A stretch of DNA of 64,000 bases from an uncultured Methanosarcinales archaeon (GTDB lineage Archaea; Halobacteriota; Methanosarcinia; Methanotrichales; Methanotrichaceae). The DNA lies in contig CAWJKV010000007.1 of the NCBI GenBank assembly GCA_963843555.1, forward strand, positions 160,001 to 224,000. Reading direction: 5' to 3'. The first letter of the stretch is position 1. The number at the start of each line of letters is the position of its first letter. Both the position numbers and the translations under genes were made by a program. The notes beneath the pieces are model-generated. The model had not been told where the DNA came from, searched no databases, and worked only from the letters and a program-made list of their open reading frames with translations. Shown here in pieces: positions 1-10,920 of the stretch.

Positions 1-1415
1 CCGGGATTTGGCCGCTTGGGTGCAAGTAGAGCTCGGTGAGCATGAGATCTAGCTGATCTTTGGCGTAGTCCGGGTCCACAATGGATAGCGCAATTGCATG
101 GAATGCCAGGTCCCATGCGGCATACCATGGGTATTCCCATTTGTCAGGCATAGAGATGATGTCGTCATTTACCATATGGAACCAATCACGGTTTCGGAAC
201 TAGGCGGCTTGCAAGATGAAGCGGGTGGGCGTGGTGCTCCTCCAGCCACATGTCAGCATCAAAGTAGTAGTACTGCTTGGACCACAGCATGCCGGCCAGA
301 GCCTGACGCATCACGTCTGCCTCTTCGGGAGAAACAGAGGCAGGAGTCAATGAACTGTAGAAATCGTCCGCTTCCTGCTGACGAGCCTGTAAGATCGCCT
401 CAAACTCCTCGAAGGGATTATTCAGCTCTTCAGGCGGTGCCCGGACAAGACGCAGATACAAGACTTCTTCTTCTCCCGCTCCAATGGTCAGCTGGTAGTG
501 AGCTGCGGCCTTTGTTCCGACAGCAGCAGGATTGATGGCGTCGGACTGTCCATGCACCACGAAGTCATTGATTCCGTCCTTGACAAACGGGCTGGCATTC
601 TGGCCTCCGAAGAGCCGAAGGTTATTGGTCTCGTTATCAGTAAAGAGTAGCGGAGAACGGCCCAGGCCGTAAAGATAGTAATCGGGCAGTGAATCCCGGA
701 ACTGGGGATCAGTGTGGTGCGCATGGATCACCCAGTCACCCGCTCCATTAATGGCTTGGAGCACAGGCTTGGAGCGGCCGCTGGACCATGACCAGGTATT
801 GCGGAACCAGAGCGTGGGCAGCACATGGAGAGAGGCAGTCTCAGAGCCGCGATTGTGGATGCTAATCTTGATGAGCATATCTTCTGGGCCGGCTTTGGCG
901 TACTCCACAAATACGTCGAAGTAGCTGTCACTGTCAAAGATCCCCGTGTCAATGAGTTCGTACTCCGGTTCTTTGCGGGAACGTCCGCGGTTAGTCTTCA
1001 CCAAATCGTCATATGGGTACGCCCTTTGGGGATATTTGTACAGATATTTCATGTACGAATGAGTCGGAGTGGAATCGAGGTAGTAATAGTACTCTTTCAC
1101 ATCCTCGCTGTGGTTGCCTTCGCCGTTGGTCAGGCCAAACATCCGCTCTTTGAGGATTGGGTCCTTTCCGTTCCAAAGCGCCAGGCAGAAACAGAGCATC
1201 TGGCGTTCGTCCGAGATTCCTGCCAGACCATCCTCTCCCCAGTGATAGGCGCGTGAGCGCGCCTGGTCATGTGTGAAATAGTCCCAGGCGCTGCCGTCTT
1301 CACTGTAGTCCTCCCGTACTGTTCCCCACTGACGCTCGCTCAGATAGGGGCCCCATTTTTTCCAGTCCGCTTCTTTGTTACGCGCTTCATCTAAACGTTT
1401 TTGTTCCGCGTTCAT
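1..1415 (-). CDS. MGH1-like glycoside hydrolase (GH63-type glucosidase), paralog 1; runs off window edge; frameshift near 190
   Basis: [21 protein letters not shown] and [22 protein letters not shown] motifs. After the shift it continues [29 protein letters not shown], matching paralog 2. ATG 1415 has a GGGAGG upstream. Confidence 0.85.
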
Positions 1416-1438
1416 AATACCCTCCCTTAAATCCAATC

Positions 1439-3289
1439 TCAAAATTTCTTCTTTTCGATAAGAGTCCATGCTCTATTCACTTCAGCAACTGACCAGGCCT
1501 GAGAGATGCATCCATTCGGCCTGTGAGGTGCATCTGCATCAAAGACCTCGGGTATGGTGTTGAATCCTCCCATATCTGGCTTGATCAGAGCCTGAAGAAC
1601 TTCGGATGCTCGTTCTCTACTATCACTTGAGAAATCGTCAATCGCAAGCATGGCTTCCACGTAATGCCCCATCAGCCAGGGCCAGACTGTGCCCTGGTGA
1701 TAGGCCGCATCCCTTTGCTTGGGTCCACCCTCGTACTTTGGTATATACCTGGGGTCTCGAGGTGAGAGCGTCCGGAGTCCATACGGAGTCAGGAGATCAC
1801 GCGTTACCACCTCCAAAATGCTTCGTCGTTTGATTAACGGGAGGAGATCTGGGACGGCAGCAGCTATTATCTGGTTGGGTCTCACCGAGGCATCCTCCGG
1901 GTCCAGCACGTCAAAGAGACAGCCGTTCTCGGAATTCCAGAACATTTGAAAACTATTCTTGACCCTATTAGCTAGACTCGGGTCCCAGGATTCTTTCAAT
2001 GCCCGGGCAAGACCTTCCAATATTCCAAGACTCTTATACCAGAGAGCATTGATCTCGCAAGCTTTTCCGGCCCTGGGTGTGACTGGCACTCCATCCACTC
2101 TGGCGTCCATCCAGGTAAGCTGAGGGCCTGAAATGATGAGTCCGTCAACGTCCATGCCGAGATCCTCACCCTTGCCTGAATAACGAATTATCACCTCAAG
2201 AAGCTTGGGCCACATCAAGCGGATAAAATCCAGATCCTGAGAATAATTATAATAGCTGCCAACTGCATTTATGAACCAGAGGGAAGCATCTACGGTGTTG
2301 AAGGACGTAGCACCAAAATCGTTAGGCAGCACGCCGTTCTTCATGCCAGCAGCAAAGGCTTTCAATACTAATTTGGCATCCTCAAATCGTCCTGTGACAA
2401 GCAGCAATCCTGGGAGCGATATCATGGCGTCCCTTCCCCAGTCATCGAACCAATGATAGCCGGCAATTATGGACTTGGCTGGCCCTCTCTTTACAATGAA
2501 AGAATCTGCAGCCCAGGACAGCTCAGGAACAGGCGATGTGATTGATTTCAGCCTGGAAGTCTCCTTTGATAACGCCTCATCGACGCTGGGCATTGAAGTC
2601 CTCGAAGTTGTTGCCATTATACAGAAGGTATCATCGCCCTCCAATTCTTTCTCGAAATAACCCGGGCTGAAGAGGTCTTCTCTCCAGGAGAAACCACGCT
2701 CTCGCTCGATGTCGTACTCAAAGTTGTTATATGTCAGCTCTTTCGGCATGAACTCTGCCTCATCCGAAAGAAGAACGATCCGGCAGTTCGATTCCAAAAC
2801 GGTCCCTCTTTGCAGGGGGTATTGTTTTGTATCTGATAGTGGAGATACAGCATGAAAGCTGCGGCAGTGCACCAATGGAGTGATGCGTATGGTGCCCTGA
2901 ATCCCTTTGATTCTGTAACAAACCAGAGTTGTATTCTCTCCATGTATCATGAAGATATTCTTTTCAATAAGCCCGTCTTCTATTTCATAAATATAATGCG
3001 GAAATGGATCGAGACGGAACTCTTTCTGGAACCTGAACCCTTGCGGGTGGATTATGCCTGGATATTGATGATTCGCCAGCTCGTATCCGTTCAGCTCCTC
3101 ATCCAATGATGAGAGCAATAGTCTCCTATCTGTGGGGGGATCGAGTGCTGCCACAAGAAGGCCATGGTAGGCACGGGTGTTGGTGCCATAGGCCGTGGAG
3201 GAAGCATAGCCTCCCAGGCCATTGGCGATCAGCCATTCGCGTCTTTTTCCTGATTCGTAATTCGTTGGATTAAATTCAGTTTCCATCAT
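1439..3289 (-). CDS. Glycogen debranching enzyme / amylo-alpha-1,6-glucosidase (archaeal GDE_N + GDE_C)
   Basis: REWLIANGLGGYASST, AGYHWFDDWGRDAMISLPG, LTWMDA, YHQGTVWPWL and QAWSVAE motifs. Confidence 0.9.
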   Translation of the reverse strand: MMETEFNPTNYESGKRREWLIANGLGGYASSTAYGTNTRAYHGLLVAALDPPTDRRLLLSSLDEELNGYELANHQYPGIIHPQGFRFQKEFRLDPFPHYIYEIEDGLIEKNIFMIHGENTTLVCYRIKGIQGTIRITPLVHCRSFHAVSPLSDTKQYPLQRGTVLESNCRIVLLSDEAEFMPKELTYNNFEYDIERERGFSWREDLFSPGYFEKELEGDDTFCIMATTSRTSMPSVDEALSKETSRLKSITSPVPELSWAADSFIVKRGPAKSIIAGYHWFDDWGRDAMISLPGLLLVTGRFEDAKLVLKAFAAGMKNGVLPNDFGATSFNTVDASLWFINAVGSYYNYSQDLDFIRLMWPKLLEVIIRYSGKGEDLGMDVDGLIISGPQLTWMDARVDGVPVTPRAGKACEINALWYKSLGILEGLARALKESWDPSLANRVKNSFQMFWNSENGCLFDVLDPEDASVRPNQIIAAAVPDLLPLIKRRSILEVVTRDLLTPYGLRTLSPRDPRYIPKYEGGPKQRDAAYHQGTVWPWLMGHYVEAMLAIDDFSSDSRERASEVLQALIKPDMGGFNTIPEVFDADAPHRPNGCISQAWSVAEVNRAWTLIEKKKF

Positions 3290-6017
3290 GATTCTTCCTC
3301 TTCGCCAGATTGCTTGAATTTTGGAGTCGCTGGACGGTCCAGATCATCCATAATACTTTTAGCGTCTTCACGTCCGAATATGTCCAGGAGGACAGCGGTC
3401 AGACCGGTCCAACCCGTCTGGTGGCTGGCCCCAACACCCGCTCCATTATCGCCGTGGAAGTACTCATAAAACAGGATCAGGTCTCGCCAATGCGGATCTT
3501 CCTGGAACCTGGCTGTTCCTCCGTAGACAGGCCGTCGTCCATTGGTGTCACGCAAAAACGTTCCTGTCAGCCGGCTCGAGATTTCCTCTGCAACTTCGAA
3601 CAGTGTCATGTACCGGCCGGAACCGGTCGGACATTGAACCCTGAATTCGTCCCCGTAAAAGCTGGACAGGTTCAATAGCGCGCGGATGATCAGAATATTG
3701 ACCGGCATCCACACTGGACCTCGCCAGTTAGAGTTCCCGCCGAACATCCCTGAATTAGATTCGGCCGGCAGGTACTGCACCTTGTACTCCTGTTGACCCA
3801 CCAAAAACGTGAACGGATGATCCAGATGATACCGGGAGAGAGAACGAATACCGTGAGGCCCCAGAAATTCATTCTCGTCCAGCATATAACCGAGAACCCG
3901 CTCAAGTTTCTCCTTATTGAGGATCGACAACATCTTCCGTCCTTTATATCCAGTGAAATCCTCGCCAATAGGAGCCACATGAGAGATTAGCCTGGGGTGG
4001 CGCTTCCGGAACAGGTCCATACTCTCCATCAGTTTCGGATAGCGAGTGACAGCATCCGCCGCGAACACCGTAGACGCGCACAGCGGCAACAGTCCGACCA
4101 TCGACCGTACCTTCAAACTGATCGCCTTGCCGTCCGGCAGTCGCAGTAGATCGTAGAAAAATCCGTCCTGATCGTCCCACATCTGGTCGTGATGCTCTCC
4201 GAGGCGATCCATGGCATAGGAGATCCACATGAAATTCTGGGCAAATTTGAAGGCGACCTCCTCGTACATGGCGTTGTATTCGCTCAGAATAAGGGCCATA
4301 TCCAGCATGCACTGGCAGTAGAACGCCATCCAGGCCGTCCCGTCCGCCTGCTCCAGCGATCCACCAGTGGGAAGCTGCGCGCTCCGGTCGAATACGCCAA
4401 TGTTGTCCAGTCCCAGAAATCCTCCTGCGAAGGCATAGCGCCCGGAAGAATCCTTCCGGTTAACCCACCAATTAAAGTTCAGCATCAATGCCTGGAACGA
4501 TTGTTCCAGGAAATGAATATCAGCCCGGCCTAGCTTGCGTCCCATTTTGTAGAGGTAAAGCGCTGCCCATGCGTGCACTGGAGGATTTACATCGCTGAAG
4601 TTCCACTCGTAGGCTGGAATTTGCCCGTTGGGGTGTAAGTATTGATTGTGCAGCAGCATCAGAAGCTGTTCCTTGGCGAAATCGAAATCCACCAGTGCCA
4701 GGGAGAGTAGTGTGGAAGGCCAGGTCCCAGGCCGCATACCAGGGATACTCCCATTTATCCGGCATTGAGATCACGTTGGCGTTGATCATGTGAAACCATT
4801 CCGTGTTCCGAACGCCAGGCCTGGCTGATTCGAGCAGCGGATGGCTCTTATGATCGTACAGCCACTGTTCCACGTCGTAGTAGTAATACTGCTTGCTCCA
4901 CAGCATTCCTGCCAGCGCCTGGCGGTGCACCCGGCGCTCGTCTTCGCTAAGCGTTTTCGGGGTGATACTCTGGTAGAATTCGTCAGCTTCTGCAATCCGG
5001 CTTTCGAATACCCCTTCGAAGCCACTGAAGGCGTCGCCCTGCAGGCGGAGCGCCGAGCCGCAAGCGGACCGTTTGGCTGCCGCCGCCGGGCACTTCAAGG
5101 ACGTAGTGGGCTGCGGCCTTGGTCCCCACTCGAGCTGGATTCACCGCCTCCCCCTGTCCCGAGATGATGTAAGCGTGGAACGCATCCTTGACGTAAGGAG
5201 AAGCATTGGTCTGACCCCAGAGACGCTGCATATTGCTCTCATTCTCAGTGAAGAGCAGCTCCGGGGCCCCATCGCAATGCAGCCAGTAATTGCCAAGCTC
5301 ATGATGTGCGGCTAAAATCGCGCCCGGCCCCGCCTCGTGCAGGGAGGGCTTTGGATCGTCCTGGCCCCACGACCAGGTGTTCCGGAACCACAGCGTCGGC
5401 AAGAGACGGAGCCGGGCCGCTTCGGGCCCGCGATTGTGAACGGTTACACGTATGAGTATGTCTTCTGCATCACTCTTGGCATACTCCACGAACACGTCGA
5501 AATAGCGGTCCTGGTCAAACACGCCCGTATCGAGCAGTTCGTACTCGGACTCCTCCTGCGACCGTCTCCGGTTCGTCTCGACCAGGTCCAGATAGGGAAA
5601 CTCCAGCTGCGGATATTTGTACAGGTACTTCATGTAAGAGTGGGTGGGAGTGCTGTCGATGTAGAAGTAGTACTCCTTTACGTCCTCCCCATGGTTCGCC
5701 TCGCTGTTGGTCAGGCCGAACATCCTCTCTTTGAGGATAGGGTCGCGCTCGTTCCACAGCGCAAGGGCGAAGCACAGCCTCTGCTTCTCATCGCAAATTC
5801 CCCCCAGCCCGTCCTCCCCCCACCGGTAAGCCCGTGAGCGTGCATGGTCATGGGGAAAATATTCCCAGGCGCTGCCATCCTCGCTGTAGTCCTCGCGGAC
5901 CGTGCCCCACTGCCTCTCGCTGATGTAGGGTCCCCATTTCTTCCATGGAATTCCCGCATCGTGCGCCTCATTCAATCGCTTCTGTTCCGCTGTGTCGATC
6001 TTTTTTTTCTTTGCCAT
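3286..6017 (-). CDS. MGH1-like glycoside hydrolase (GH63-type), paralog 2, split over three frames (shifts near 5060-5095 and near 4710)
   Basis: ORFs 4983..6128, 4520..5098 and 3286..4737 join into one protein with [27 protein letters not shown] and [10 protein letters not shown] motifs. Confidence 0.85.
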
Positions 6018-6265
6018 TGTCTTCCCTGTGAGTAGCGAATACGCAGTTGATGGGGTTCCTCTATCTTTCTTGGCCTTGATTGCAAACTTACGTGGCTTCA
6101 GACAAACAGCATTGCTTTGGGCGGCCATTAAGGGAAAAATGCCCTACTCGCCTCATACATGGGCGAGCGGGTCGGGTAGCCAACCAGCTCAGTCGTTCTT
6201 AATAGCCTTGGCTTACCACCCTATCCTCCTGGACAATCTTATGTAGAAATGCCCAAACTAGTGAA

Positions 6266-6385
6266 TCATTTCTCTTCTTCTTTCTTGGCTTGATCTTGAG
6301 CTTTTGCCTCTTTTTTTGCTTCCTTTTTGTCCCTATGATGTTCAACGCCCTTTGCAGCTACTGCAGCTCTCACTAATCTTCCCAT
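6266..6385 (-). CDS. Small charged protein, 39 aa (MGRLVRAAVAAKGVEHHRDKKEAKKEAKAQDQAKKEEEK)
   Basis: Clean ORF read by hand, GGAGG upstream, directly downstream of TATA box and motif copy 1. Confidence 0.55.
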   Translation of the reverse strand: MGRLVRAAVAAKGVEHHRDKKEAKKEAKAQDQAKKEEEK

Positions 6386-6505
6386 GCTCAAATCCTCCAC
6401 ATAGTCTTAGTTATCAAAATCAGCCTCAACGAGATATCAAGTATGGCTGATTTGACGCTGAGAACTCTTATACCTTAAAGTATTTATAAACATTTAATCC
6501 TGACA

Positions 6506-6529
6506 CATAAAAGTATGAAAAATTATGAA
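6506..6529 (-). promoter_or_regulatory. Conserved 24-bp motif copy 1 (TTCATAATTTTTCATACTTTTATG)
   Basis: One of 5 near-identical copies; TTTATAAATA box follows on the minus strand at 6481-6490. Confidence 0.8.
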
Positions 6530-6734
6530 TCGTGAAGCCGTGGATATTTATAGGAATTTTATTATCTAATAAGGCTGTCGTTTCGGAGATGCAGCAGTCT
6601 TGATCACGTCTGCGGCAACTATGATTTCCATAGTCACCAGAAGGGATTTCTCAATTATGGATTCGTGCCGGCTTGAGAATCACAGCGCCTTTTCATATTT
6701 TCGAATGTTCGTGCTACACACCCGGCCCCGGGCC

Positions 6735-6835
6735 TACAGCTCTCAATCGAGTGTAGGGCGCCAAACGCCAAAGTTTTGCTGTTTGGTGCCCATTCTTCTC
6801 TTACTTCAGCTGTTACTTGTTTGCCAAGACCTGCT
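6735..6835 (-). pseudogene. Degenerate duplicate of the 3' end of the DszB-like gene
   Basis: Translates KQVTAEVREEWAPNSK, versus EQAAVEVLKEEWARKS at the end of the upstream gene. Confidence 0.4.
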
Positions 6836-6855
6836 CATTCTTTGCTTCCTCCCGA

Positions 6856-8022
6856 CTACCCGAGACGCAGACCCTCGGCTTCGAGCCCTCCTCCAGTGGG
6901 AAGCTTGCTCCAGCTCTTTCGGGCCCACTCTTCCTTGAGGACTTCAACCGCTGCTTGCTCCAGGAATTCCGGTCGTGCCCACTTATCCACATCGTAGTCG
7001 TTCTTGATGTAGCCGTGGCTGAGCATGAAATCCTTACCGATCTTAATGCACTGCATGTTCTGCGCACTGAGGCTTGGCACCATGTCGACGTGCTTGATGC
7101 CCTCATACGTATCCTCAGCGTCCAGGTAGAAGGTCTGTCGGTTGAGGATCGCTGCAGCGGCGTGCTTGTGCTCGTTGGCCCAGCGTCCGACCTTGATCAT
7201 GGCCTTCATGTAGGCGATGACGAGCTCGGGATGCTCATTCGCCATCACGTCGGTGCAGGTGATGACGGCAGGGGTATTGGCAACCTGTACAGTGAAGTCC
7301 GGGTACCTTGACAGGTCCTCGATCATCTTGATCTGCCCTGTCGCCTCCTGAAGATGCTGGAAAACCTTGCTCTGGGTATAGATGGCATCGACGACGCCAC
7401 CAAGCAGCGCCTTCTCCAACGGGCGGAAGGCCAGGTCGTGCTTGTGGTCGCGGCGCATCCACAGCTCAGACGGATTGTTCATCGGCGGTACCAGCATCTC
7501 GGGCTTGTCATACCAGTCATCTGGGTAGGGGAACTCCACGAGCTCGATATCGTCCATGGTCATATCGTTCAGCCTCAGCATATTCTCGATGCCCATATGT
7601 TCCTGGATGCGCCACCAGTCGTTCTTGATGGTGTTGAGGCTCTTCGAGATGCCGATCTTCTTGCCTTTCAGGTCCTTCATCCGGAAAATGTTGTCGCGGG
7701 CGCGCACCGCCATACAACCGCCTTCGTATACCCACGTCGCTCCCAGTAGCACTGTTCGGCGGATGTCCGCATGAACATGGATTGGTGGATACAGGCCGCC
7801 GAAGCGGATGAGGTTGTCGAGGTTGTGGATGTAATGCGGGTACCAATTGTTCTCGGGGGCATGGCGGAAGTAGGCGTACTCAACGCCGATCTTCTTGAAC
7901 TCCTCCCGGCACCACCCCAGCTCCTGATCAACGTTGTTGGCGGACACCATTGGGCAGTTGGTGAACCACACCTCTTTCCAGTTTAATGGTACTGTTGTCG
8001 ATACTCTTTGCACATCTGCCAT
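6856..8022 (-). CDS. DszB-like desulfinase / SsuA-fold substrate-binding-like protein
   Basis: N-terminal FTNCP and HNLDNLIRFGGLYPP resemble DszB YSNCP and RFGGEIPP; DLKGKKIG motif; no signal peptide. Confidence 0.7.
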   Translation of the reverse strand: MADVQRVSTTVPLNWKEVWFTNCPMVSANNVDQELGWCREEFKKIGVEYAYFRHAPENNWYPHYIHNLDNLIRFGGLYPPIHVHADIRRTVLLGATWVYEGGCMAVRARDNIFRMKDLKGKKIGISKSLNTIKNDWWRIQEHMGIENMLRLNDMTMDDIELVEFPYPDDWYDKPEMLVPPMNNPSELWMRRDHKHDLAFRPLEKALLGGVVDAIYTQSKVFQHLQEATGQIKMIEDLSRYPDFTVQVANTPAVITCTDVMANEHPELVIAYMKAMIKVGRWANEHKHAAAAILNRQTFYLDAEDTYEGIKHVDMVPSLSAQNMQCIKIGKDFMLSHGYIKNDYDVDKWARPEFLEQAAVEVLKEEWARKSWSKLPTGGGLEAEGLRLG

Positions 8023-8066
8023 AATTCATCTTCTCCTTTTATCTATTCTTTGGGTCTCAATTTTTT

Positions 8067-9806
8067 TTAATCTAAAGAACCAGGTACTATCTTCTCCTTC
8101 ATCAGCACTGAACGTGCCAGCATGCCCCCGGAGATGTTCTTGGCTTTGAAACCATTCTGCAGAAGTATGCGCGTCGCATAGTAGGCGCGCTGGCCGGAGC
8201 GGCAAAATACCAGTATATCGCGGTCTTTGGGCAGTTCGCCAAGGCGCATTCGGAGTTCATCCAGCGGTATGTTGCATGCGCCCGGCACATTCTCTACGGT
8301 GATCTCCTCGGGATGACGCACATCGAGCAGGAACCCGTCCTCTCCGGAATTCCAGTGGCGAAGCGGCATATCTCCCCGGAGTACATCGGCTGCAACCATC
8401 CCGGCGAAGTTAATGGCAGACTTGGCCATTCCGAACTGGGGCGCATAGCAAAGCTCAGATTCTTCCAGGTCATAAACCGTCAAGCCCATCTGGATGGCCA
8501 TGGCAATGACATCGATCCGTTTGTCCACTCCCTCCAGACCCAGTGCCTGTGCCCCGAGAACGCGTCCGTCTGATTTCCGGAAAATCACTTTCATCGCCAC
8601 CATCTTAGCATCCGGGTAATACCCTGCATGGGCATTGGGGAAGATGTAGATCTTTTCATAGTCCTTCTGGCCGAGCCGGATGAGCTGATTTTCGCTAATT
8701 CCTGTCCAGGCCACTGCACCTTCAAATACTCCGACGATTGAGGTTCCCTGGCTTCCGCGGAAACGGGAGTCACGCCCTGAGATCACATCGGCAGCGATTC
8801 GGCCCTCCCGGTTTGCCGGGCCTGCCAGCGGGATCAAAGACGATTCACCAGTCACAAAATCTTTGATCTCAACTGCGTCTCCAACAGCAAAAATGTCCGG
8901 ATTGCTGGTGCGCATGTGTTCATCCACGAGTATTCCTCCACGCTCACCGATTGTGATTCCGGCCATCTTTGCAAGGGCAGTCTCCGGACGCACGCCAATT
9001 GCCAGTATCACAATATCCGCAGGATGGGCCTTGCCGGATTTTGTGAGAACCTGGAGCGATCCGTCAGGAGATTTCTGGAATCCTGCGGCCCCATCGTTGA
9101 GTGCGAGCCGAACACCGTTCTTCTGAAGGTATCGATCAACGAAGCGCGACATCTCCGGATCAAGCCGCGGCAAGAGCTGCTCATGCTTATGGACAATCGT
9201 CACCTCAAGCCCTTGATGCATCAAGTTTTCAGCCATCTCGATGCCGATGAACCCTCCACCGATCACCACCCCGCGCATTGGTCTCTTCACTACCTGATAT
9301 CCAGTGTACGAATTCATCCCGGCTTGTTCCTGTTTATATTGTTCAATCCAGGCGCGTATCTCCCGAGCATCAGGCACGTACCTCACCCTAAAGATTCCCG
9401 GAAGATCGATACCGGGCAAATCCGGACGGACCGGAGCAGCACCGGGAGCCAATACGAGCTTATCATAGGATTCAGTGCTAACTTCGCCGGTCTTGACATT
9501 CTTCAGCTGCACTGTTTTCTGCGCTGCCGAGATCCCGACCACCTCACAGAGTGTCCGCACATCAATGGAAAACTGCTCATGGAACAGCTTTTCATCGGCT
9601 ACCAGGAGGCTTGATTCTTTTTCGATCACCCCTCCGCAATAGTAGGGCAATCCGCAATTGGCGAACGAAACATAGGTCCCTCGTTCCACCATGAGGATTT
9701 CTGCATTCTCATCCAGCCTGCGCAATCGTGCCGCACACGACGCACCACCGGCCACTCCGCCAACTATGACTACCTTCTTTCCCGTCTTCTTACCAACTGG
9801 TTCCAT
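8067..9806 (-). CDS. CoA-disulfide/persulfide reductase with C-terminal rhodanese domain (Npsr/CoADR-RHD type)
   Basis: GGVAGGAS FAD motif, SFANCGLP active Cys, GGGFIG, YAPQF, rhodanese FCRSGQR. Confidence 0.9.
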   Translation of the reverse strand: MEPVGKKTGKKVVIVGGVAGGASCAARLRRLDENAEILMVERGTYVSFANCGLPYYCGGVIEKESSLLVADEKLFHEQFSIDVRTLCEVVGISAAQKTVQLKNVKTGEVSTESYDKLVLAPGAAPVRPDLPGIDLPGIFRVRYVPDAREIRAWIEQYKQEQAGMNSYTGYQVVKRPMRGVVIGGGFIGIEMAENLMHQGLEVTIVHKHEQLLPRLDPEMSRFVDRYLQKNGVRLALNDGAAGFQKSPDGSLQVLTKSGKAHPADIVILAIGVRPETALAKMAGITIGERGGILVDEHMRTSNPDIFAVGDAVEIKDFVTGESSLIPLAGPANREGRIAADVISGRDSRFRGSQGTSIVGVFEGAVAWTGISENQLIRLGQKDYEKIYIFPNAHAGYYPDAKMVAMKVIFRKSDGRVLGAQALGLEGVDKRIDVIAMAIQMGLTVYDLEESELCYAPQFGMAKSAINFAGMVAADVLRGDMPLRHWNSGEDGFLLDVRHPEEITVENVPGACNIPLDELRMRLGELPKDRDILVFCRSGQRAYYATRILLQNGFKAKNISGGMLARSVLMKEKIVPGSLD

Positions 9807-9820
9807 GGTTGATCCCTCCT

Positions 9821-10867
9821 TTAGACCTCATTAAACTGGATGATCACTTTGATGTCGCCGGGTTGTCTCACGAGAGCCTGCTGGAAATTCTCCGGCTTCT
9901 CACGGCGGGTGATCAGGCGGTTCAGCCATGTCCGGTCCGATGCAGCCAGATTCTGACCCGCTCTATACCAGTGACGCTTGTTTGCATTCACGCTGCCGAC
10001 AATCAGGTTATTCTTCAGGACCACTGCTTTTGCGATGTCGCCCACAGCCCGACTTTGGACGCCGCCGGAGCCGACGCCCGTGAGACAGATGATCCCGCCC
10101 GATGCAACTTTCTGGATCGCGTCCCCAATCACCGATCCCACACCGGTGCACTCGACGATGATATCTGGATCGAAATCCAGATCCAGGACACTCCCGGTAT
10201 GATACGTCGCCCCCAGGGCATTGACGAGATCTGGCTTTGGTCCGGTGTCATTGCGATCGAGCACGTGGACATCAATGTTATTCGCTTTCAAACGGAGCGT
10301 CGCCAACATACCAATCGGCCCTGCGCCGGTCACCAGCGCGGTCCTGGGCTCCCAGAAGGCGCGTTGGCCAGCTCGTAAGACCTGTTCCAATGCCTTGGTG
10401 ATCACCGTCATCGGTTCGAGCAGCACGCCGAGGATGCCCAGGGAAGAGTCCACCTTGATGGCGTATTCGGGTTCGATCCGCCAGCGTTCCGACATAAATC
10501 CGTGGATTTCTTTGATTCCGCGCTCGGTGTACTGGCCGTTGGTGCACATGTCCCACTCGCCCACCGCACAGTTGGGGCAGGGAACAGGGTCCGGACGGCG
10601 GACGATGCCGACCACCAGGTCGCCCTTTTTGAAAGAACTGCGTGGCCCCGGATCGATGACGCGGCCGAGGGACTCGTGACCCAGCACCAGCCGGGACTTT
10701 CCAGGCGGCGCCCAGCCGTAATTCCCCGAGACGATGTCGACGTCCGTCCCGCAGACGCCGACAGCCACGGCTTCAACAAGGATCGAGCCCTCACTCTCAT
10801 CGGGCTCCGGGAAATCCTCGTAGCGTGCTGACCCTGGCTTCATAGGTTCTACAGTGATTGCTTTCAT
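9821..10867 (-). CDS. gdh: Zn-dependent glucose 1-dehydrogenase (MDR family)
   Basis: GVCGTD, LGHES, VRRPDPVPCPNC..WDMC, ERGI and GSVNAN motifs typical of archaeal-type GDH. Confidence 0.85.
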   Translation of the reverse strand: MKAITVEPMKPGSARYEDFPEPDESEGSILVEAVAVGVCGTDVDIVSGNYGWAPPGKSRLVLGHESLGRVIDPGPRSSFKKGDLVVGIVRRPDPVPCPNCAVGEWDMCTNGQYTERGIKEIHGFMSERWRIEPEYAIKVDSSLGILGVLLEPMTVITKALEQVLRAGQRAFWEPRTALVTGAGPIGMLATLRLKANNIDVHVLDRNDTGPKPDLVNALGATYHTGSVLDLDFDPDIIVECTGVGSVIGDAIQKVASGGIICLTGVGSGGVQSRAVGDIAKAVVLKNNLIVGSVNANKRHWYRAGQNLAASDRTWLNRLITRREKPENFQQALVRQPGDIKVIIQFNEV

Positions 10868-10920
10868 TCATGTAATCTCCTTGCACTTAACTAATCGAAT
10901 TGTTTTGCTTGCAGATTGTT

